Part shown: piece after piece, positions 25,519 through 33,703 of the stretch
Layout of the letters: every line of letters starts with the position of its first letter
How positions within the stretch are numbered: the first letter of the stretch is position 1
Source of the DNA: Chloroflexota bacterium
Lineage (GTDB): Bacteria > Chloroflexota > Anaerolineae > B4-G1 > SLSP01
Assembly (NCBI GenBank): GCA_029555965.1
Contig: JAKQHY010000027.1
Location: 8,806-72,805 of the forward strand
Reading direction: 5' to 3'
DNA length: 64,000 nt
Notes under the pieces: model-generated
What the model was told of the DNA's origin: nothing
Database searches by the model: none
Seen by the model: the letters and a program-made list of their open reading frames with translations, nothing else
Position numbers and translations under genes: made by a program

Positions 25519-27765
25519 ATGAACGCACCCAAACCACCCTTCCCGACCGCCGCCGATGCGCCGGGCACCGAATCGCAGCTCGTAGAAGCGCTGGCGAACC
25601 TCAACCAGATCGGCGTCGCCATCAACCGCTTCAGCGTGAGCGCCGGCAGCGCTGCCGAAGCCGTGCAGGCCACCCTGCGCCTGATCGCTGCGAGCGCCAT
25701 CAAAGTGACGCCGGGCGCCTCCACCGTCATCTATGAGTACGACCAGAGCCGCCGCGCTTTCGACCTGGCCTCGCGCGTGTCCGCCGGGGAGCCGGACGAA
25801 GCCCCGCCGCGCGACGCCCCCCGGCCCGACGGCCTGGGCATGCGCGCCATCTCCCAACGCCGCCGTGTTCTCTCCCACGAGGAACCCGACCTCACCATCC
25901 ACCCGGCCAAAATCGCGGCGGGCGCCAAAACGATGGCCTGCTTCCCGCTGATCGTCGCCCATCAGGTCGTCGGCATCCTCTACGTGTACTTGCACCAGGA
26001 GCGCCCTTTCCGCCAGTTTGAGTTGCTACTGCTGGACAACTTCGTCAACCAGGCAGCGATGGCGATCTACCAGGCCCGCCAACTCGCCAACGCCCACCGT
26101 GACTTACGGCGCAGAGAGGACGAGTTGAACCGCCTGGGCCGCGCCGGACGACTCATCTCCTCCCGCGTCGGCCTCGAAGAAACCCTCAAAGTCATCTTGC
26201 AGATGGCTCTCGAAGTGACCCAGGCCCACTACGGCGCCTTCCGCCTGGTGGATGAAAGCGGCGCGATCCTGATCACCCGAACCATCGCGGGCGAGCCGCT
26301 GGAACGCCCCCACATCGAGCCGCTGACCATCGGCCCCACCAGCATCATGGGCTGGGTCGCCGACCACCGCCAGCCGCTGTGTATCCACGACCTGCAAGCG
26401 GCTCCCTGGAACCGCATCTACTACCCACTGGACGCGGGTCTCCAGATGCGCTCCGAGCTGGCTGTGCCGCTGATCGGCTCTGGCGGGCGGTTGGAAGGCG
26501 TCCTCAACCTCGAAAGCCCCGTCATCGGTATGTTTGACGAACAAGATTGCCTGCTGCTACAATCCCTGGCGACGCAGGCCGTCATCGCCATCCAGGAGGC
26601 CCGCCTGCTGGACGCCCTGCTGGAAGTCGCACGGTTACTGCTCGTGCAACCCTACCCGGATGTGCTGCACCACCTCGTTAGCCTGGCCTGCGATTTGCTA
26701 GACGCCGCCGGCGCTGCCATCTGGACGCTGGCCGGGGAGCAGATCACGCTCCTGGCGGCCAGCGCGGACTTCGCGCCGGACACGCCCGTGCCGCTTCAGG
26801 GCAGCCTGATCGGAGAAGCGCTCCTCACCGGTGCGCCGGTCCAAGCGGAGACCGCGCTCGTCGCGCCGATCCTCTCCAGCGAAGATCGCCGGCCCATCGG
26901 CGCCTTCAGCGTCCACAGCGCCAACGACGCGCCCCACGGCAGCGCCTCCGAATGGGATGAAAAAGTGCTGACCTGCCTGGCTTACTACGCGGCCCTGGCG
27001 CGTCACAACACGATGCGGCAGCAAGCCCTGCGCGAAGCCCAGGAGCGTCACGCCGTCGCTGAAACCTTCGCCGCGGTCGGCGACATCGCCGCCAATGTCT
27101 TGCACCACCTGAACAACAAAGTCGGCGTCATCCCCGCGCGCGTCCAGGGCATACAGGACAAATGCGTCGCCGCATTGGCTGCTGATGCTTACCTGGCGAC
27201 CAACCTGGCAGCCATCGAGCACAGCGCGCACGAGGCGATGCAGGCCGTGCGGGCCAACCTGGCGCACCTCCATCCCCTGCATACCGCGCCGGTCAACGTG
27301 GCGGCCTGTGTCGCCGCCGCGCTGGAAGCCACCGCGCTGCCCGCCGGCATCCATGTGGATATGAGCGAGTTGGCGGATTTACCGCCCGTGCTGGCCGGCG
27401 AGCGCAGCCTGATTCTCGTGTTCACCAATCTGCTGGAAAATGCCGGGCGCGTGCTCCAGGAGCAAGGGCGCATCACCGTGAGCGGCATCCTCAAAGGGCG
27501 CTACGTCGAGTTGGTCATCAGTGATGATGGCCCCGGCATCCCGCCGGAACAACATCAGCACATCTTTGAGTGGAATCCCGCCAAACATTCGACCAAACGC
27601 GCCAACGGGTCAGGTGAAAAACCGCCGCACCGCCTGGGGTTCGGGCTGTGGTGGGTCAAAACCCTGATCGTCCGCCTGGGCGGGGCGATCACCGTCGAAA
27701 GCGACGGGATGCATGGGACAACCTTCCGCTTCCAATTGCCCACCGTGGAGGAATCCGCGCTATGA
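25519..27765 (+). CDS. multi-GAF-domain sensor protein with C-terminal GHKL (HATPase_c) domain; atypical histidine kinase (H-box LHHLNNK)
   Basis: 748 aa; no TM; 2-3 GAF-like domains; N-box FTNLLENAG, G1 DDGPGIP, G2 GFGLWWV; very high GC (~68% by eye). Confidence 0.7.
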   Translation: MNAPKPPFPTAADAPGTESQLVEALANLNQIGVAINRFSVSAGSAAEAVQATLRLIAASAIKVTPGASTVIYEYDQSRRAFDLASRVSAGEPDEAPPRDAPRPDGLGMRAISQRRRVLSHEEPDLTIHPAKIAAGAKTMACFPLIVAHQVVGILYVYLHQERPFRQFELLLLDNFVNQAAMAIYQARQLANAHRDLRRREDELNRLGRAGRLISSRVGLEETLKVILQMALEVTQAHYGAFRLVDESGAILITRTIAGEPLERPHIEPLTIGPTSIMGWVADHRQPLCIHDLQAAPWNRIYYPLDAGLQMRSELAVPLIGSGGRLEGVLNLESPVIGMFDEQDCLLLQSLATQAVIAIQEARLLDALLEVARLLLVQPYPDVLHHLVSLACDLLDAAGAAIWTLAGEQITLLAASADFAPDTPVPLQGSLIGEALLTGAPVQAETALVAPILSSEDRRPIGAFSVHSANDAPHGSASEWDEKVLTCLAYYAALARHNTMRQQALREAQERHAVAETFAAVGDIAANVLHHLNNKVGVIPARVQGIQDKCVAALAADAYLATNLAAIEHSAHEAMQAVRANLAHLHPLHTAPVNVAACVAAALEATALPAGIHVDMSELADLPPVLAGERSLILVFTNLLENAGRVLQEQGRITVSGILKGRYVELVISDDGPGIPPEQHQHIFEWNPAKHSTKRANGSGEKPPHRLGFGLWWVKTLIVRLGGAITVESDGMHGTTFRFQLPTVEESAL

Positions 27766-28844
27766 CCATGCTGCCCCGCGTCATCGTGGTGGACGACGAC
27801 CCGTCCTGGCGGCAAATCCTCGGCGAGATCCTCGGCGACGCCGGGCTGGCGGTGGACGTGGCCGCCGACTTGCCGACCGCGCTCGCCTGCTTGCGTGCGG
27901 CCCCACACCGCCTGGCCGTCGTGGATCTGGCCCTGGGCGACGGCGACTACGCCAATCAGGATGGACTGCAAGTCCTGGATGCGGTGCGCCGGCAAGACCC
28001 CGGTTGCGCCGCCATCCTGCTCACCGGTTTTGCCACTGTTGAGTTGGCCGTCAGCGCACTCACGCAGCACGGGGCCTTCTATTGTCTGCGTAAAGAGACC
28101 TTCAATCGCGCCGAATTTCGTCAACTGGTGCAGCGCGCCCTGGCGACTTCGCTGCCGCCGGCAGATACGCCCACCGCGCCCCCCACACCAGGGCCAGAGC
28201 GCGCGCCTCACCCGGCAGAGGCGCCCGCCGAGCCGGGCCGCGCGCTCGTTGTCGAAGATGACGCAGGCTGGAGTAGCCTCCTGGCGGAGCTGCTGACGGA
28301 CATCGGCTACGAGACGCATTGCTGCCACAGCTTCGGCGAGGCCCTGGGACGCCTGCGCCGCACGACCTACACCCTGGCCGTGATCGATCTGGCGCTGGAC
28401 GGCGGCGCCGCATCTGCGTGGCCCGCCGCCGACGGCGCGGGGCAGGAAGGCTACCAGCTCTTGGAAACCACCCACGCACGCGCCATCCCCGCCATCGTCG
28501 TCAGCGGCGCGGCGGCCCCGGCCGACATCGCGCGCGCCTACAGTGAGCGGGGTCTCTTCGCTTACCTGGAAAAGCAGACCTTCGACCGCCATACCTTCCT
28601 GCAAACCGTGCAGGAGGTGCGCGTTGCGCCCGAACCGTTGGCGCAGCGCTACAGCCTCACCGACCGTGAGCAAGAAGTCCTGACACTGATCGCAGCCGGC
28701 CTGACCAACAAGGAGATTGCTGCCGCGCTATTCATTACGCAAAACACCGTCAAACGCCACCTACGCGCCATTTTCGAGAAGTTGGACGTGCATACCCGTT
28801 CCGCCGCCGCCAGCAAAGCCACCGGCGCCGGTTTGAGCCTGTAG
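27762..28844 (+). CDS. LuxR-family response regulator with two tandem receiver domains (REC-REC-HTH)
   Basis: ATGA overlap with upstream kinase; two VVDDD/VVEDD...LAV(V/I)DLAL receivers separated by Pro/Ala-rich linker; C-terminal LTDREQEVL...GLTNKEIAA...TVKRHL LuxR HTH. Confidence 0.75.
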   Translation: MTMLPRVIVVDDDPSWRQILGEILGDAGLAVDVAADLPTALACLRAAPHRLAVVDLALGDGDYANQDGLQVLDAVRRQDPGCAAILLTGFATVELAVSALTQHGAFYCLRKETFNRAEFRQLVQRALATSLPPADTPTAPPTPGPERAPHPAEAPAEPGRALVVEDDAGWSSLLAELLTDIGYETHCCHSFGEALGRLRRTTYTLAVIDLALDGGAASAWPAADGAGQEGYQLLETTHARAIPAIVVSGAAAPADIARAYSERGLFAYLEKQTFDRHTFLQTVQEVRVAPEPLAQRYSLTDREQEVLTLIAAGLTNKEIAAALFITQNTVKRHLRAIFEKLDVHTRSAAASKATGAGLSL

Positions 28845-28918
28845 CCGCCCTTTGCCGAAAATGCCAATTGCCTGTATAAAAGGGGCAAACTACACTCACC
28901 CAAAAGGGAGGCAATCCG

Positions 28919-29359
28919 ATGAACCAATCCTTCCAAACAGTTTATGCAGCGGCCGGCGGCGTCGTGATGGATGGCAAAGGTGAGCGCGTGTTGCTGTTGG
29001 TGCGGCCGGCGCGGGATGAGGTGCGCTTGCCCAAAGGGCACATTGATGCCAATGAAACCGCAGAAGAAGCTGCCCGGCGTGAGGTCATTGAAGAGTCCGG
29101 CTATGACGATCTGGAAATCGTCGCCGATCTGGGCGAACAACTGGTCGTCTTCTGGCTGGACAACCGTCAGGTACGCCGAGAAGAGCGTTACTTTCTCATG
29201 CAGGCTCTTTCGCAGCGCCAGGTCACGCGACCGCCAGAGGATGAACACCAGTTCTTTCCCACCTGGGCGACCTGGGAGGAGGCGCGCTCTTCTCTCACCT
29301 TTGCCGCCGAGCAGGAATGGCTGCGACGCGCGCAACAAGCCCAAACGGACGCGCGATGA
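28919..29359 (+). CDS. Nudix hydrolase
   Basis: Nudix box GHIDANETAEEAARREVIEESGY. Confidence 0.8.
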   Translation: MNQSFQTVYAAAGGVVMDGKGERVLLLVRPARDEVRLPKGHIDANETAEEAARREVIEESGYDDLEIVADLGEQLVVFWLDNRQVRREERYFLMQALSQRQVTRPPEDEHQFFPTWATWEEARSSLTFAAEQEWLRRAQQAQTDAR

Positions 29360-30045
29360 GCGAAATGGCACTTTTACGGGAAAAAGCGCTGACCCTCCAC
29401 CAACGTCTGGTGGGCGCGTATGGCGAACCGCGCTTGCGCCCCCATGGCGAATCGTTGGCCGAACTGGTCAACACGATCCTCAGCCAGAACACGAACGACC
29501 GCAACCGCGACGTCGCCTACGCACAATTGCGCGCGCGCTTTCCCACCTGGGAGGCCGTGCGCGACGCGCCTCCCGCGGACATTGTCGCAGCGATCCGCCC
29601 GGCAGGGCTGGCGCCGAGCAAAGGGCCGCGCATCCAGGCGGCGCTGCGCACCATCACGGAAGCGCGCGGCGCGCTTTCGCTGGACTTTTTGCGCGATCTG
29701 CCCCTGGCGGAGGCGCAGGACTGGCTTCTGGCGCTGGATGGCGTCGGCCCCAAGACGGCAGCCATTGTCCTGCTTTTCGCGCTGGGCCGCCCAGCTTTCC
29801 CGGTGGACACGCACGTCCATCGCGTCACCCTGAGATTGGGGCTGCTGCCCCCCCGCACGTCCCGGGAGAAAGCGCACACGCTGCTCGAAGCGCTGCTGCC
29901 GGACGAGCTTTACTATCCCTTCCACTTGAACGTCATCACACACGGGCGGCAGGTCTGCCACGCCCGGCGGCCGGCGTGCGCGCTGTGCCTGGTGGCCGAT
30001 CTCTGTCCTTATTCAGAGGAGGTATCTGATGACTCAAAAGCCTAA
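29356..30045 (+). CDS. nth: endonuclease III-like HhH-GPD DNA glycosylase with 4Fe-4S cluster loop
   Basis: LLALDGVGPKTAAIVL HhH-GPD with lysine, catalytic D in FPVDTHVHRV, C-x6-C-x2-C-x5-C; ATGA overlap with Nudix gene. Confidence 0.8.
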   Translation: MSEMALLREKALTLHQRLVGAYGEPRLRPHGESLAELVNTILSQNTNDRNRDVAYAQLRARFPTWEAVRDAPPADIVAAIRPAGLAPSKGPRIQAALRTITEARGALSLDFLRDLPLAEAQDWLLALDGVGPKTAAIVLLFALGRPAFPVDTHVHRVTLRLGLLPPRTSREKAHTLLEALLPDELYYPFHLNVITHGRQVCHARRPACALCLVADLCPYSEEVSDDSKA

Positions 30046-30613
30046 GACCCGCTTTCGCCTGTGGCCCTACGTGCTCCTGTCGAAGCGTTGGTTTATGCCG
30101 GCCTTCTGGCTTATCCCTGGCGGCGTCGCGTTGTGGTGGGCCGCTCCCAATTTGCCCCGGCACGAGCCAAGCCTGGCCTTCCTTCCTCTGGGGATCTCCG
30201 GGATCGGTGTACTGCTGGTCATTTACACCATTATCGCCCGTCAGGCCAACATAACCTGCAAGTCTAACCGTTTTGTTGTTCACACCCCCTTCTATCCGGT
30301 AGCCTTCTCTTACCACCGCATCGAAATGATCCGCCCGATGCTTTTCAACAACATTTTTCCTCCCCAACAAGAGAAACGAGCACGGCTGCAAATGTATTAC
30401 AAGCTTTGGGGACAAACGGTCATTGTCATATCCCTGAATGATTATCCGCTGCCACGCTGGTGGATGAAATTCTGGTTTCATCCGTATCTCTTGCACCCGC
30501 AAGAACGTGCGCTGGTGCTGCCGGTAGATGATTGGATGGGTCTCTCACGACAACTAGAAGTCCAACGCGCGCGGCTACGTGAGCAACCGGGGAGACGGCG
30601 CGCCAACGGCTAG
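30029..30613 (+). CDS. membrane protein with bacterial PH-like (DUF304/YdbT-like) fold
   Basis: 194 aa; two TM helices then beta-rich cytoplasmic domain; 17-nt overlap with nth. Confidence 0.45.
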   Translation: MTQKPKTRFRLWPYVLLSKRWFMPAFWLIPGGVALWWAAPNLPRHEPSLAFLPLGISGIGVLLVIYTIIARQANITCKSNRFVVHTPFYPVAFSYHRIEMIRPMLFNNIFPPQQEKRARLQMYYKLWGQTVIVISLNDYPLPRWWMKFWFHPYLLHPQERALVLPVDDWMGLSRQLEVQRARLREQPGRRRANG

Positions 30614-31023
30614 AGAAAATATCATTTTTGTGTTATGTGTGTAAAATGCTCTGGTAAAAACAAATCCTTACCAACTATCCCAAGTCTCTCCACAATCACA
30701 ATCGGCAGATGTTGTGGTCACAGGCAGTGGGTTCCATAGGGATGCCACACAAACAACTTGTTATTCACAGGCGAAAAAGCAATATTAAAACTAGCGGTTT
30801 TTTAAGGAAAATCCCCCTCCGAAACGTTGTGCTAAAATGGCTTTTCTGGTAGAATGTATATGGTCAGTTGAGGCGGTGGCTCCCACCACCAGGGGATAGG
30901 GTCTAACCCAGACAGGCCAAAGCCGGACAAAGTCTACCCCTCACATTCTCAAAAACGACCATTCTATAACTTACGCACGCACAGTGGGTAGGCATTGTGC
31001 TGCCATAAAGCAAAGGAATTTTT
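30614..31023. promoter_or_regulatory. oriC-like region upstream of dnaA (DnaA boxes, AT-rich stretch, dnaA promoter)
   Basis: TTATTCACA at 30761-30769 (fits TTATNCACA), weaker CTCTCCACA at 30686-30694, AT-rich 30781-30810, promoter TTGTGC-17-TAGAAT at 30827-30855. Confidence 0.6.
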
Positions 31024-32367
31024 ATGAAAAGCGCTAATCCTCAAAGATTGTGGCAGGCAGCTCTAGGAGAACTCGAATTGCAGATGACGCGCGCTACATT
31101 TGATACCTGGCTGCGCGACACCCATTGTATCGGGATTGAAGACGACAATATCGTCATCGTCGGCGTCAAAAATGGCTATGCCGTAGAATGGCTAGGGAAT
31201 CGTCTTTATCCGGTGGTGCAACGCACCCTACACCGCCTCACAGGCGAGGAAATGCAGGCGCGCTTTGTGGTATGGGAAGCCAAGCGAGGGTACGAGCCGC
31301 CGCCCCCCTTGACGCCGGAGACAATAGATCTTCCGCCCCATGCCGTATACGATCCAGGGCTTAACCCCGATTACACTTTTAGCAGTTTCGTGGTGGGGCC
31401 GAGCAATCGGTTGGCGCAAGCGGCCTCCCAGGCGGTGGCTGAAGCGCCGGCGCGCGCCTACAACCCATTGTTCATTCATGGCGGCGTCGGCCTGGGGAAA
31501 ACGCACTTGTTACACGCCATCGGACACATCTGTTACCGGCAAGGGATGCAAGTATTATATGTTTCCTCGGAAACATTCACCAACAACCTGATCGAGGCCA
31601 TCCGCACCCACACCACGGATCAGTTTCGAGAGAAATATCGCACAGCGGACGTGTTGCTGGTGGATGACATCCAATTCATTGCCGGCAAGGAGAGCACTCA
31701 AGAAGAGTTCTTTCACACCTTTAATGCACTGCGGGACACCCGCCGGCAGGTCATCTTGAGCAGCGACCGTCCGCCCAAGGCAATGGTTACACTGGAGGAA
31801 CGCCTGCGCTCGCGTTTTGAGTGGGGATTGATTGTGGACATACAATCCCCCGACTACGAGACGCGCGTAGCGATCTTACAATCCAAAGCGGAACAGTTGG
31901 GGGTCGAGGTGCCCAATGCGCTCTTGAGTTACATTGCCACCAACATTGAAAGCAACATCCGTGAACTAGAGGGGGCGCTCAACCGGGTGCTGGCGATGAC
32001 GCGCCTAACCGGATTGCCGTTATCCAAACAGATCACCGAGCAAGCATTGGCCGACTTACTGCCCAACCGTCCGGAAATATCGGCGAGTGAAATCTTAGGG
32101 GCCGTGGCGCTGTACTATGGCCTGGATCAGAGCGATTTACGCAGCGCCGAGCGCAGCCGGCGGGTGGCCCAACCGCGTCAGGTAGCCATGTACTTGATGC
32201 GCGAGGAAACCAACGCGTCCCTCCCCCAAATTGGAGCGGAACTGGGCGGGCGGGATCATACGACAGTACTTTATGGCTATGAACGAGTGCGCGTGAAAAT
32301 AGAACAGGATGCGCAGCTCAAACGCGAGATTATGAGTATTAAGGCGCAACTCTACGGGCAAAATTAA
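31024..32367 (+). CDS. dnaA: chromosomal replication initiator protein DnaA
   Basis: 447 aa; Walker A GGVGLGKTHL, sensor/box VII motifs, C-terminal DnaA-box-binding HTH (HTTVLYGY). Confidence 0.95.
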   Translation: MKSANPQRLWQAALGELELQMTRATFDTWLRDTHCIGIEDDNIVIVGVKNGYAVEWLGNRLYPVVQRTLHRLTGEEMQARFVVWEAKRGYEPPPPLTPETIDLPPHAVYDPGLNPDYTFSSFVVGPSNRLAQAASQAVAEAPARAYNPLFIHGGVGLGKTHLLHAIGHICYRQGMQVLYVSSETFTNNLIEAIRTHTTDQFREKYRTADVLLVDDIQFIAGKESTQEEFFHTFNALRDTRRQVILSSDRPPKAMVTLEERLRSRFEWGLIVDIQSPDYETRVAILQSKAEQLGVEVPNALLSYIATNIESNIRELEGALNRVLAMTRLTGLPLSKQITEQALADLLPNRPEISASEILGAVALYYGLDQSDLRSAERSRRVAQPRQVAMYLMREETNASLPQIGAELGGRDHTTVLYGYERVRVKIEQDAQLKREIMSIKAQLYGQN

Positions 32368-32379
32368 TTATACGCAGCC

Positions 32380-32424
32380 AATAACTTCCCCCAATCTAAC
32401 CAATTGGGGGAAGTTATTTTTCTG
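32380..32424 (+). terminator. rho-independent terminator after dnaA
   Basis: AATAACTTCCCCCAAT-ctaacc-AATTGGGGGAAGTTATT-TTTTCT. Confidence 0.8.
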
Positions 32425-32481
32425 CACACCTATGGTAAAATGAGGCATTGGTGAGAGGAGCAATCATTCCCTGACTAACGC

Positions 32482-32523
32482 TTGAAGCGGAGAAGCCTTT
32501 ACGCTATAATCAAGTTATCCACA
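32482..32523 (+). promoter_or_regulatory. promoter TTGAAG-17-TATAAT with perfect DnaA box TTATCCACA (32515-32523) 4 nt downstream of -10, overlapping predicted TSS
   Basis: cTTGAAGcggagaagcctttacgcTATAATcaagTTATCCACAatgg; near-box TTATACGCA at 32368-32376. Confidence 0.6.
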
Positions 32524-32542
32524 ATGGCAAAGGGGAAAAAGC

Positions 32543-33682
32543 ATGACAGTGCAACAAGTTCTAATTGTAGATGATGATGTCGAAGCCTTGCGTCTCGTGG
32601 GCATTATGCTTGAGCGCAAAGGATACGCCATTGTGGCGGCCGCTTCAGGGCGGCAGGCATTGGAAAAAGCGGTAGAAACGCAGCCGGACCTGATCATCCT
32701 GGATGTTATGATGCCGGATATGGATGGGTATCAAGTCGCCGGGCAATTGCGCCGACACCCTACCACTGAAAACATCCCGATCTTGATGTTCACAGCCAAG
32801 ACCACCGTGAACGATAAAATCGCCGGGTTCCAGGCCGGCGCGGACGATTACCTTACCAAACCCATTCATCCGGCAGAGTTGATCACGCGCGTAGAAGCGC
32901 TCCTGCAACGGAAAACCCGCATCAATGCCGACACCGAACGGGGGTACATCACCGGCTTTTTGCCCACCAAGGGGGGCATTGGCACCACCACGCTGATTGT
33001 GAATACCGCTCTGGAAATGAAGCACATGTATGCCGAAAAGCAAGTCATTCTGGTTGAATTACGAGAAGGCAGCGGCACCATTGGCATACAACTGGGCATT
33101 ACTGCGGCGGGCGGCTTACAAAAGCTATTAGACCGCCCGCTGGCGAGCCTCACAAAGGACACCGTTACAGAACACATTGTGCGGCACAGTTCCGGTCTCC
33201 ATGTACTGCTAAGCAAAATCACCCCCCGCGGCATGGGGGCACAATTGACCAAAGATCACGTCCGCACGATCCTGCGGTATCTGAACACTGACTACGACTA
33301 CATCTTGTTGGATCTACCACTGGCAATGGATGAAGCCACCAGTGAAGCTTTGCGAATGGCAAACGAGATTATTGTGACACTGGATCCCAACCCGATAGGG
33401 ATGACCATGGCTCAAGAAATGTTAGAAGTTCTGGATCGCCAAAATATTGGTGCGCACAAGGCGCGGGTCGTCCTTATCAACCGCATTCCAGCCATTTCCT
33501 CCATCAACCGCAACACCGTTGAACAAAAACTACAACGCGAGATGATCTGTGGGATTCCTCCGGCCCCCGATCTGGCCCACGAAAGTGCGCAAACCGGTCG
33601 GCCTATGGTGGCAATACAACCTCAAGGGTTAATTTCACAGCAAGTACGGCTGGTAGTACAATCGATCACTAAAACCATTTAG
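32543..33682 (+). CDS. response regulator: canonical receiver fused to ParA/MinD/CpaE(TadZ)-like ATPase domain with degenerate Walker A (KGGIGTTT, P-loop Lys replaced)
   Basis: REC: VDDD, LILDVMMPDMDG, MFTAKT, YLTKP; C-terminal domain: PTKGGIGTTTL, Walker B YDYILLDLP; AAGGGGA RBS. Confidence 0.8.
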   Translation: MTVQQVLIVDDDVEALRLVGIMLERKGYAIVAAASGRQALEKAVETQPDLIILDVMMPDMDGYQVAGQLRRHPTTENIPILMFTAKTTVNDKIAGFQAGADDYLTKPIHPAELITRVEALLQRKTRINADTERGYITGFLPTKGGIGTTTLIVNTALEMKHMYAEKQVILVELREGSGTIGIQLGITAAGGLQKLLDRPLASLTKDTVTEHIVRHSSGLHVLLSKITPRGMGAQLTKDHVRTILRYLNTDYDYILLDLPLAMDEATSEALRMANEIIVTLDPNPIGMTMAQEMLEVLDRQNIGAHKARVVLINRIPAISSINRNTVEQKLQREMICGIPPAPDLAHESAQTGRPMVAIQPQGLISQQVRLVVQSITKTI

Positions 33683-33703
33683 GACACGCTAAAAAAGACT
33701 ACC

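Noticed and set aside
28971-30029. 352-aa ORF on + strand
   Set aside because: Alternative frame running across the Nudix and nth genes, both of which have complete signature motifs in their own frames
30713-30721. TGTGGTCAC as a DnaA box
   Set aside because: Three mismatches to TGTGGATAA; too weak to call
32368-32542. Expected dnaN immediately downstream of dnaA
   Set aside because: No beta-clamp-like ORF; the next gene is the REC-ParA-like fusion
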